DNA of 64,000 bases from Callorhinchus milii (Eukaryota). The notes under the pieces are model-generated. The model did no database searches. It saw nothing but the letters and a program-made list of their open reading frames with translations, and had not been told where the DNA came from. This document shows positions 13,037-62,664 of the stretch, one piece after another; the first letter of the stretch is position 1, and each line of letters begins with the position of its first letter. The DNA lies in NCBI RefSeq assembly GCF_018977255.1, contig NW_024704742.1:63614001-63678000 (forward strand). The letters run 5' to 3'. Position numbers and translations under genes: made by a program.

Positions 13037-14261
13037 ACTGAATAAACTCAGTCTCTCTAGCTGGAGGCTAGAATGTTTCACGCTGGAAATTTCTAAGTGA
13101 GAATTAAATACCAAATGTATTATTGTGACTTGAAGCCCGTGTTTGCCTCACTTTGTAGATTTTGCGCTCTCGTGCGAACACATTTGTGTTAAGGTTTTCA
13201 ATTTAATTCATCCAAAGACCAACGACGACAACTGTTTTGATGTGACGCGATGTTTGAGATGTGTTGCTGTTTGAAAAGAGAAAGGAGTTGCTCGGGATCT
13301 CCTGGTCAAAAATATGCCGAATAAAAAAAAAATTGGTCCCTGAATTTATCAAATGCAAGGATTAGTATCATTGGTAATCCTCCTCGACTTCCAGCAAAGT
13401 CTCCTCACTTTCGTCTCTGATCCGAGACGCTGCCTCGGTCGCAGGGCACGATATAAATACAAGTTGTTGTTGTTGTTGTTGATCTCAATCTGTCTGGCCT
13501 CTCCCCCAAACTCACCGAATCTTCCTCATAGTTCGTCCATGACCAAGACTACCTTTCTTCATCTCTGACGCAATTGGCTGCCACGTTTCACCCGCAAAAT
13601 ATTCTGAAATTCACTTTCAGGAGTACAACAGCAACAATTTACAAAAATAATAATTCTTTCATTTGATATAATAATAATAATAATCCTTGCAATTAATACA
13701 GCGCTTCATCACATCGCTGCAACGTCTCAAAGCGCTTCACAGAATATACTGTAAAATGAATTGACTGTATATTTTGTGAGCGATAGATAACTTGCATTTA
13801 TATAGCGCTCTTCACTTTGAATAACATCTTGGAGCACTGTACAGTGGTAGGATTGGACATTGAGAAAGGGAGAAGGAGGAAGGGACCTCAGGCAAATTTG
13901 AAGAGGTAGGTTTTGATGTGGGATTTACATATAGGTTAACCGAGCAAGGTGGAGGAATTAAAGCATGGAGTTCCAGAAGTTAGGGAGTAATTGTCATGTC
14001 CATTGGAGGTCATCTCCTCTTGCTGTGAGCATAGAATATTGGACTTCTATTGCAGCTTCTGAATTTCTCCGTAATGGTTTTCTTAAAGAGTTAAAGCCAG
14101 GATTATAGTAGCAGCTTGCACTTTGGATCCAAATGTTTCTGTTGTTACAGAGAGAATATTCATGAAAATGCTCCCAATCTGTCTATGGTTGACTTCACTG
14201 CACTACAGGTGTCACTGGTGTTCACATATCCTCAATGATGGATTGTGGCATGCAATGCTAC

Positions 14262-14441
14262 AATAATAAATTGGTCACTTCAATCCACGACTGTTTGTGG
14301 GACACTGCTGTGCGCTATTGGCTGCCGCGTTTCGCCCACAAATATATAGTCAATTCACTTTATAGTATATTCTGTGAAGCGCTTTAAGTCATCTAGAAGA
14401 CATGAAAAGTGCTATATCAAATGCAAGGATTATTGTTATTA
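14262..14441 (+). mobile_element. SINE 3' half
   Basis: Deu-like core plus tail. Confidence 0.8.
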
Positions 14442-14699
14442 CATATTATTCATTCGAGATTATTATGTGTACCTTGACCAGTTGACTCTGCATTACTTAG
14501 TTAGACTGTTCAAAATTGAGATGCACCGCAGTAACTTATCAGCACATAGGAGGGCTTGTGGGCTTGTGCACTACCAACTTCGTTTGAAAGCAGACTCAAT
14601 AAGGTCTTGCTCCTTATTGCAACTCATCTGTAAATACAGAGGCTGTTAAACCCCCACCTATGTCAATTGGCCCTTCCTCATCTATTGCTGCTGACATCC

Positions 14700-15410
14700 G
14701 ACAAGCTCAAGTTTGAACTACTTGAATGGCAGATACCAGGAACTCCCTGCAAGCTTCCTGGTGGACAACACAGCTCAGTATGAAATGCATAAGAGCATTG
14801 ACATCATCTTCCTGCCCACAGCTTGGACACAAATCCCTTCCCATTGAGTGATGGTTCCACCAGTTGGCGGTGTAGATCTTAAGCAGCAGATCCTTGCCTC
14901 TCTGCAAGCCAATCAAGATTTTAAGAGCTGGATGTATAATGTGTGTTTACAAACGTGGATTCCAGATAACACCTTCCAGCAGCTGTCGTCCCAAGCCTCA
15001 GTTTGCTGAACAATTATCTGACGGACATCTTCCTTCAGCGTGGTGGGAGAATTTTCACAGCACAGCTTATGATGTGCTAGCCACCTTGATGTTCTTGTGA
15101 TCCAAGTCCAATGCAGCAACAGAGGGTTTGGTAAATAGGCTTGCCTGTTGTGAAGCCAACTCTGCCTCAGCGGTGCTCAGTAACAAGTTGGTGTAGGTCA
15201 GAGCCCTCTCTCCCTGCAGCCAAAATGGGCCAGAGGAAGTCCCTCCTTTGCATGCCCAGAACTTGGATCCATGAAGGAGAACTATTTGAACTATTATATA
15301 CCGCAATGATGTGCATTGGGACCTTGCTGTCCTTGAAGAGAATGACCAGAGTGTCCTTTTCCCTTCTCTGTGCAGTCTTTCAAGACAGTGACCAGCAGAA
15401 ATTGGTGTCA
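14700..15410 (-). mobile_element. Highly decayed non-LTR retrotransposon C-terminus (RTEX/Crack-like; clade uncertain)
   Basis: Minus-strand remnants IVQIVLLHGSKFWA and RDLCPSCGQ...HFILSC resemble the LLYGSEIW motif and the C-terminal CCHC motif of non-LTR ORF2 proteins. Confidence 0.5.
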
Positions 15411-16602
15411 ACCATATCCCTCCCCAAGTACAACAACAACAACAAGATTTCATTTATAGAACGCCTTTCACGTCGGGAGGATGTCCCAAGGCGCTGGACA
15501 GTTGGGTCAGGATTGTATTGTGAAGAACCAACAATTAGGCTGATGCCCCTTGTATTTTCCAATCAATACCCTCAATGTCTTCTCTTGAGCCACGTAGAAC
15601 CATTATTCTGTACTTGGGGGCGCCCACCACCATGTCTCACAGGTGGGCCGACCCTTTTTAACAGGATTTTGCCCTTCTATTTGCAGACAATATTATGATG
15701 CCTCATAATGAGGTCTCATCTGGGGACATTTTACACTGCACCTGCCATCTTGAACATTGTTTCTTCCTTACCAGTGCCTGACACCAGTGGAGAGGACAAT
15801 TACATGCTAATTAGAAATAAGGAAGAAAAATCTTACATTTCTTCAGTACATTATACAACAACTTGCATTTCTATAGTCCCCTTCACATAGGATAATATCT
15901 TGCTTTACGCTGATGGTGGCAGACCCAGACCCCAAGACGTGAGGATGGGGAAGTAACACTAGGCACAGTCATAAATGGGGAGATAAAGAGTGAGACAGAA
16001 CAATTGAGGGAGAGTATAATAATCCAAAGTAAGAGTGTGATCAACGTTTCTTTGTTTGCTACTCAAAATACTCCAATCCACTCACCATAACAACACCAAT
16101 TTGTTCCACTCAAGTGTCCTTTTGTATTTCATGTCTTTATCCCATTGGCTCTTTAATTGTCTTTTAACTCGTAAAGTGATACTATGGAAGGAGTTCTGGA
16201 GATTAGGGATGTACAATTAGAAAGTTTGGCCATCAAAGGTGGTGTGGGTAGGGCGGGGTACAGCAAGCTCGCGCTAGCTGATCAGATCAGAACAGAGGGG
16301 TGGGATAGGAGATCGGAGAGAAAGCAAGGTGCTAGAGGAGATTTGTAGGTGAGGATCTTGAAATGGGTCCATTAGAGAGACAGTGGAGCCTGCTGAGGAC
16401 TGAAGCGATGGGATACAGTTTAGTGTGGATGAGGATGCAGAGTTTAGGATAAATTGAAGTTGCACAAAGTAGAACTTGGGAGAACAGCGAAGAGCGTATC
16501 AGAAAACAATGATCAGGAGGACACCGTGGGGGTCTGCCCTACGGTATTACTTATGAAGAGCTTGCCTTGATGTGCAGAGTTGAGTTAGGAGCTATCCCAT
16601 AC

Positions 16603-19064
16603 AACAACAACAACAACAAGATTCCATTTATTGAGCGCCTTTCACGTTGGGAGGACGTCCCAAGGCGCTGTACAGTTGGGTCAGGACCCGAGCAGGGGGG
16701 AAATGGTCAGGGTGAGGGGAGGGAAGGGAGGGAGCGAGGAGGGGGGAAATGGTCAGGGTGAGGGGAGGGAAGGGAGGGAGCGAGGAGGGGAGAAATGGTC
16801 AGGGTGAGGGGAGGGAAGGGAGGGAACGAGGACGGGGTAGAGAGTCGAGAGGGGAGCTGAAGGCTCGGTCAAAGAGAAAGGTCTTGAGACCAGCCTTGAA
16901 GGAGGAAAGGGAGGAGGCGGCGAAGGCACTGGGGGATAGAGTTCCAGAGCCTCGGGGCTGAGAGGCTGAAGGCCCGGCCACCGATGGTAGGGCGGTTGGG
17001 GCGGGGGATGTGGAGCAGACCGGAGCCAGAGGAACGGAGGGTACGGGCAGGTAGGTAGGGGGATAGTAGGTCGGAGAGGTAGGAGGGAGCGAGGCCGTGA
17101 ATGGCCTTGTAGGTGAGGATGAGGATCTTGAATTCGATCCTCTGGGGGATGGGGAGCCAGTGGAGGCGAGCGAGGGTGGGAGTGATGTGGTCCCGAAGCC
17201 TGGTGCGGGACAGTACACGAGCTGCAGAGTTCTGAATGACCTGCAGCTTGTGGAGGGAGGTGGCGGGAAGGCCGGCGAGGAGAGAGTTCCCATAGTCCAG
17301 CCTTGAGGTGATAAAGGCGTGGACCAGGGTTTCAGCAGCGTGAGGGGTGAGGTAGTGCCGTAGTCTGGCGATGTTCCGGAGGTGATGGAAGGCGGTGCCA
17401 GTTGTGGTGCGGATATGAGGGAGAAAGGACAGCTCAGGGTCGAACAGAACCCGAGGTTCCTGACTGGCTTTGAGAGGTGGAGAGTGCAGCCTTGGATGCT
17501 GATGCTGTCAGCGCCTGAGGTGCGGAGGCGCTGACGTGAGCCAATCAGGAGGGCCTCAGTTTTACGCACGTTGAGCTGAAGAAAGTTGTCTCTCGTCCAG
17601 GACTCGATGTCGGACAGGCAGCTGTCAGGACATCGGTGGTCGTGGAGTTGAGGGTAGAGGAGGAAAGGTAGAGTTGGGTGTCATCCGCATACATGTGGAA
17701 GTTAACCCCATGTCTGCGGATGATGTCACCACAGGGGGAGCATATAGAGGGTGAAGAGGAGGGGACCGAGGACAGAGCCCTGAGGGACACCGCACGAGAC
17801 AGTGCGGGGGCCGGAGGAAAAGCCGTTTGTAGAAACAAAATGAAGACGGTGGGAGAGGTACGACCTAAACCACTCAAGGACAGGGCCTTGAAGGTTGAGG
17901 TGGGAGGACAAGCGGTGGAGGAGGATAGCGTGGTCGACCGTATCGAATGCTGCCGATAGGTCGAGGAGGACGAGGAGGCAGAGGGAGCCCTGGTCACAGA
18001 TGGTCAGGATGTCATTGGTGACCTTGACCAGGGCAGTTTCTGTGCTATGGGCAGCACGGAAACCCGACTGAAGGGGTTCGAATAATGAATGGGTGGAGAG
18101 GAAAGAGCGCAGCTGGGAGGCGACAACTCGTTCCAGGACCTTGGACAGGAAGGGGAGGTTGGAGATGGGCCGGTAGCTTGATAGCTGCGACGCATCAAGG
18201 GAGGGTTTTTTCAAGGTGGGAGTGATGGTGGCAGTTTTTAAGGGAATGGGAACAGAGCCAGAGGAGAGGGACAGGTTGACGATGTCTGTGATATGTGGGG
18301 CAAGGAGGTGGAGCTGGGAGATAAGGAGTGGAGTGGGGATGGGGTCAAGGGAGCAGGTGGTGGGTTTCAGGGATAGGATGAGTTTGGTGACAGAGGGTGG
18401 GGAAACGGGTACGAAAGTGTGTAGGGGAGGATGGGTAGGAGTCGGAGTGTGGGAGGGAGGGGTGGGGGGTGGGTGGATGTTGGAGGGGAAGTGACCGCGG
18501 AGCGAATTCCCTTGATTTTGGATTCAAGGAAATCCAGCATCTCCTCGCAGTGAAGGTTGGAGGAGATGACCTGCGCGGGGTGGCGCGGGGGACGGAGGAG
18601 TCGGGATGTGGTAGAGAACAGTAGCCTGGGGTTGTCCTTCGCCTCCAGGATTATCCTGGAGTAGAAGGACGATTTGGCCGAGGCTAGAGTGGAGCGGTAG
18701 ATTTTGAGGAGGTCCAGCCAGATTTGTCGGTGGACCGTTAGGCCAGATTTGACCAGGTGCATTCAGCGGCCCACACCTGGCTCTTCAGTGAGCGGAGGTG
18801 GGTGGTGAACCAGGGGGAGGAGCGAGAGTAGGAGACAGTATGGGAGGTGATGGGGGCAAGAGTGTCAAGTGTGGAGGAGAGGGTGTTGTGGAGGAGGGTG
18901 AGAGCAGAAGAGGGGTCAGTGAGGGTTGAAGGCCAGAGGGAGAGGAGTTCAGAGGACTCCAAGGCAGCGGTTAGGGATTGAGGGGGTAATTTCTTCCAGG
19001 GGCGGTAGAAGATGGTGGTGGGTCTGGTGGAGGTGGGTGGAGGTGGTGAAGGAGATGAAGTGGA
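16603..19064 (-). mobile_element. L2-clade LINE, 5'-truncated, RT domain frameshifted
   Basis: Minus-strand ORF pieces [55 protein letters not shown]; (GTT)n 3' tail; CCATAC direct repeat at 16597-16602 and 19065-19070 as candidate TSD. Confidence 0.93.
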
Positions 19065-19119
19065 CCATACTGCAGGCTGGTCCAACCTTTTGGATGTCAT
19101 TGGCCGGATTCCCTACTTG

Positions 19120-20205
19120 AGAGTGAGTGAGCCCAGGCGGTGGGGGGGGTGGAGTGAGTGAGCCCAGGCGGGGGGGGGGGAGTGAGTGAGCCCAGGCGGG
19201 GGGTGGGGTAGTGAGCCCAGGTGGGGGGGGGGGGGAGGGAGTGAGCCCAGGTGCGGGGGGGGGGGGGAGTGAGCCCAGGCGGTGGGGGGGGAGTGAGCCC
19301 AGGCGGGGGGGGGGAGTGAGTGAGCCCAGGTGGGGGGGGGGGGGAGGGAGTGAGCCCAGGCGGGGGGGGGGGAGTGAGCCCGGGCGGGGGGGGGGGGGGA
19401 GTGAGCCCAGGGGGGGGGGGGGGGGGAGTGAGCCCGGGTGGGGGGGGGGAGTGAGCCCGGGTGGGGGGGGGGGGGGGGAGTGAGCCCGGGTGGGGGGGGG
19501 GGGAGGGAGTGAGCCCAGGTGGGGGGGGGGAGGGAGTGAGCCCAGGTGGGGGGGGGGGGGGAGTGGCCCGGGGGGGGGGGGGGGGGGGAGTGAGCCCAGG
19601 TGGGGGGGGGGGGGAGTGAGCCCAGGCGGGTGGGGGAGTGAGTGAGCCCGGGTGGGGGGGGGGGGGAGTGAGCCCAGGCGGGTGGGGGGGGGGGAGTGAG
19701 TGAGCCCAGGTGGGGGGGGGGGGGGAGTGAGCCCAGGCGGGGGGGGGGGGGGGAGTGAGCCCAGGTGGGGGGGGGGGGAGGGAGTGAGCCCGGGTGGGGG
19801 GGGGGGGGAGGGAGTGAGCCCAGGTGGGGGGGGGGGGGGAGTGAGCCCGGGTGGGGGGGGGGGGGAGGGAGTGAGCCCGGGTGGGGGGGGGGGGAGGGAG
19901 TGAGCCCAGGTGGGGGGGGGGGGGGAGTGAGCCCAGGTGGGGGGGGGGGGGGGAGTGAGCCCGGGTGGGGGGGGGGGGAGGGAGTGAGCCCAGGTGGGGG
20001 GGGGGGGGGAGTGAGCCCGGGTGGGGGGGGGGGGAGGGAGTGAGCCCGGGTGGGGGGGGGGGGGAGGGAGTGAGCCCAGGTGGGGGGGGGGGGGGGAGTG
20101 AGCCCGGGTGGGGGGGGGGGGGGAGTGAGCCCAGGTGGGGGGGGGGGGAGTGAGCCCAGGCGGGGGGGGGGGGGGGGGAGTGAGCCCAGGTGGGGGGGGG
20201 GGGGG
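19120..20205 (+). repeat. G-rich minisatellite, about 39 units of GAGTGAGCCC(A/G)GG(T/C) plus a poly-G run
   Basis: Direct inspection; constant core separated by G-runs of variable length. Confidence 0.95.
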
Positions 20206-20377
20206 CGTGTCTCGGGTGTTACTAGCGGCCGTTACCAGGGGAGAGACAATCACCAAGTACAACCAAACCTGTTAGCGCAAAGCCAATCAGAACGTCTGTT
20301 CGGCTCCTCTAATCCAATTGGAGGCGGTCGGGCTTGTACTTCCGGTATGAAGCTTGGTCGACGTGTGCGAGGCGCTA
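20206..20377 (+). promoter_or_regulatory. Probable NEK1 core promoter
   Basis: CpG-rich unique island between repeats. Contains AGCCAATCAG (20281-20290), a second CCAAT/ATTGG (20314-20321) 31 bp downstream, ACTTCCGGT ETS/GABP consensus (20338-20346), and GTTACTAG / GTTACCAGG X-box-like half sites (20218, 20231). Lies 2.8 kb upstream of the ATG exon, which begins with a splice acceptor and so needs an upstream exon. Confidence 0.7.
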
Positions 20378-20767
20378 ACACACACATAGAGACACATAGA
20401 GAGAGAGACACACACACAGGGATAGAGAGACACACATAGAGACACACACAGATACACAGAGACGCACATGGACACACATACATAGACACACACACATACA
20501 TAGACACACACAGATACATAGACACACACAGATACATAGAGACACACACATACATATAGAGACAGACACACAGAGAGACACAGAGATAGAGAGAGACACA
20601 CACAGAGACACAGCCACACACACACACACACGGGCAGAGAGAGAAACACTGAGTGACACTCACACACACACACAGAGATAGAGGAACAGAGGGAGAGGAC
20701 ACAGACAGACAGACAGACAGACACAGAGGGTCGGTTGGTTGGTTGGTTGCAGCGGCAGCTCTCTATG
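20350..20767 (+). other. NEK1: Putative non-coding first exon of NEK1 (start uncertain; donor at 20767/20768)
   Basis: Consensus donor ATG|GTAAGT just downstream of the promoter motifs. Confidence 0.55.
20378..20727 (+). repeat. Compound (CA)/(GA) microsatellite
   Basis: acacacatagagacac... low-complexity tract; a shorter similar tract lies at about 21548-21598. Confidence 0.9.
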
Positions 20768-20922
20768 GTAAGTCAGTGAGTGGTGGAGCAGCACAATGGA
20801 GGTCAGTCAGTCAGTCACTGGCCTCGGGGGCTCCATTTAGAACAGTTTGCTGTTAGGGTTGAGCCTCTCCCCCCCTCCCCTCCCCTCCAGCCTGACACCC
20901 CTCACACTGGCCTGACCCAGAC

Positions 20923-21500
20923 CTGGGCCGGGCTGGGCTGGTGGGGTGGGGTGGGCTGGGGGGGTGGGCTGGGCTGCTGGGGGCTGGGGTGGGGTGGTGG
21001 GCTGGGGTGGGCCGGGCTGGGGTGTGGTGGGCTGGGGTGCTGGGCTGGGGTGGGGTGGGGGGCTGGGGTGGGCCGGGCTGGGGTGTGGTGGGCTGGGGTG
21101 CTGGGCTGGGGTGGGGTGGGGGCTGGGGTGGGCCGGGCTGGGGTGTGGTGGGCTGGGGTGCTGGGCTGGGGTGGGGTGGGGGGCTGGGGTGGGCCGGGCT
21201 GGGGTGTGGTGGGCTGGGGTGCTGGGCTGGGGTGGGGTGGGGGGCTGGGGTGGGCTGGGGTGGGCTGGGGGGCCTGGGGTGGGCTGGGGTGGGCTGGGGT
21301 GGGGGGCTGGGCTGGGGTGGGCTGGGGGGCCTGGGGTGGGGGGGGCTGGGCTGGGGGGCTGGGCTGGTGGGCTGTGGGCTGGGGGGCTGGGCCGGGGTGG
21401 GCTGGGGTGGGGTGGGCTGGGGTGGGCTGGGGGGCTGGGGTGGGGTGGGCTGGGGGGCTGGGGTGGGGTGGGCTGGTGGGCTGGGGTGGGGTGATGGGGG
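20923..21500 (+). repeat. G-rich GGGCT/GGGGT pentamer array with a ~60 bp higher-order repeat (about 4 copies, 21000-21245)
   Basis: Direct inspection. Confidence 0.95.
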
Positions 21501-23161
21501 AGCAGGGATAGGCCTCACCCAGCAGCACTGTGTCCTGACACAGCTCCACAGAGACAGACAGACACACAGAGAGAGACACAGAGAGAGACAGACACACCCC
21601 CGGGGTCAGAGCCTCGGGGGTTAGTGTCTCTGCTGCAGTCTTTGTGTGATCTGCTTTACTGTGTGTCCTTAATGTTACAGCGTTCACAGGAATACGGTTC
21701 AGTCGGTTACATAAATTTCCTCTTAATCGCATTGCAAAAGGGAGGCATTGCTCGTAATTAATTATTCTTATTATTCACGACTTGTTTTCTTTTTAAAAAA
21801 AATCCAATTGTGGCAAAGGCAGTAACTTCACCACCAACGGGTTCCTCCTAACTGTGGGTTGTTGTTAAAATGAACAGTGTGCGTTCAGGTGTGAGGACTG
21901 TCATGTTGTGACACAGGCTGAATAAACTGCAAGAAAACTGCAAATGTTCAAAAAAAATACTTTTTAAAAAAAACTTTGATATGTTACTCACAGTCTGTAG
22001 ATGGATATCAATGTCTAATGTGCTCATTGCTTGAATTCATTTGTTTTTAAGTTCAGAATGCTGTCTGTATACAAGTGTTGGCTTTATTAAACCAGACAAT
22101 TTCAACTTTTAAATTCAAGGGGGATGTGGGGGCATTGTAAAGGTGAATTATTATACTGTGCCAATCTCATAGTCTTTAAGAGTGTGTGTATTTGTATTCA
22201 GAAATATAATAATGCAAGATAACAAACCATGTCTTATATCGTAAAAGGCAGCTGAATTCAGTATAAATGTTCATAACAGTTTTGCAATGGTGAATATGTT
22301 GCCTGAAGGATATGGAGCTCATTAATAGCGTAGGATATGTGGAGTAATACTGTAATTGTACATGAGTTGTGTGTAACTGTTTTTGATCCACACTGCATTT
22401 CTTTATTGGCAAGCTCTAACACAACAGAACCTGAGAACAAATGTACAACGCTAAGGAGATTTGCGAAGGTAGGATCAAATAGTTGAGTTCATTGGTGTTT
22501 CTTGTGATCTGGAGATTCGTACTGTGAAGTCTATGTAAATAAAAATAATCCTTGTATTTGATAAAGTACTTTATCATGTCTTTAAGACTTTATTCTGAGT
22601 TTGAGTGCTTGATAGGATGCATCAACCTTTGGGGGAAGAGCAACTATTTATCTAATTCTGAGGGGAATTAGCTTAATATCAGTTTGATTGTGGTGATGAC
22701 AGATGGAAATCAGAGAAAACTTTTTGCGCTACAGAAATAATTCATAAAGGGATTATAACACTTGCCCTTCTATGAAACCGTACACATTAATTTTGAAATT
22801 ACAGATTGAGAATTAAATTTGAATTAATTAATTTTGCTGTAGGCTTCATTCTAACATGAAGTCCTGCACAAAAGATCTAATTGATCCTTGGTTTGGTCTT
22901 CTATAAAATTCTGTAAATTTAATAAGGAACGAAACACTGGTTGTCCAGCGCCTTAGGATGACCTCCAAATGTGAAAGGTGCTATACAAATATAATTTTGT
23001 TGTTGTTATTTTGAGATGTCAGTGGTCTATGTTTAAAATATTTTGTGGTAACGGAACAATAACCATTTATTAAATGTTCCGACTTGAGTTTGCATTATTA
23101 AAGTAAACGTTTGCTTTTTATTCTTCCAGCATGAGCATGAACATCTTTTATCTGGAATATT

Positions 23162-62651
<39,490 letters not shown>

Positions 62652-62664
62652 GTGAGTGTTGTGT

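Noticed and set aside
15141..15698. 185-aa plus-strand ORF
   Set aside because: It runs antisense through a retrotransposon fossil and an L2 tail, so it is a chance ORF
19065..19125. Possible exon ending at gaga|gtgagt (DHTAGWSNLLDVIGRIPYLR)
   Set aside because: No recognisable protein and no credible acceptor; caggctggtccaacctttt looks more like a hAT-type transposon terminus
19120..20205. Repeat-spacer pattern superficially like a CRISPR array
   Set aside because: The spacers are just poly-G, the locus is vertebrate, and there are no cas genes
18949..21732. Long Pro-rich, Gly/Trp-rich and Cys/Val-rich ORFs (up to 437 aa)
   Set aside because: They are translations of the G-rich arrays and the CA/GA microsatellite, open in several frames on both strands only because stop codons are absent
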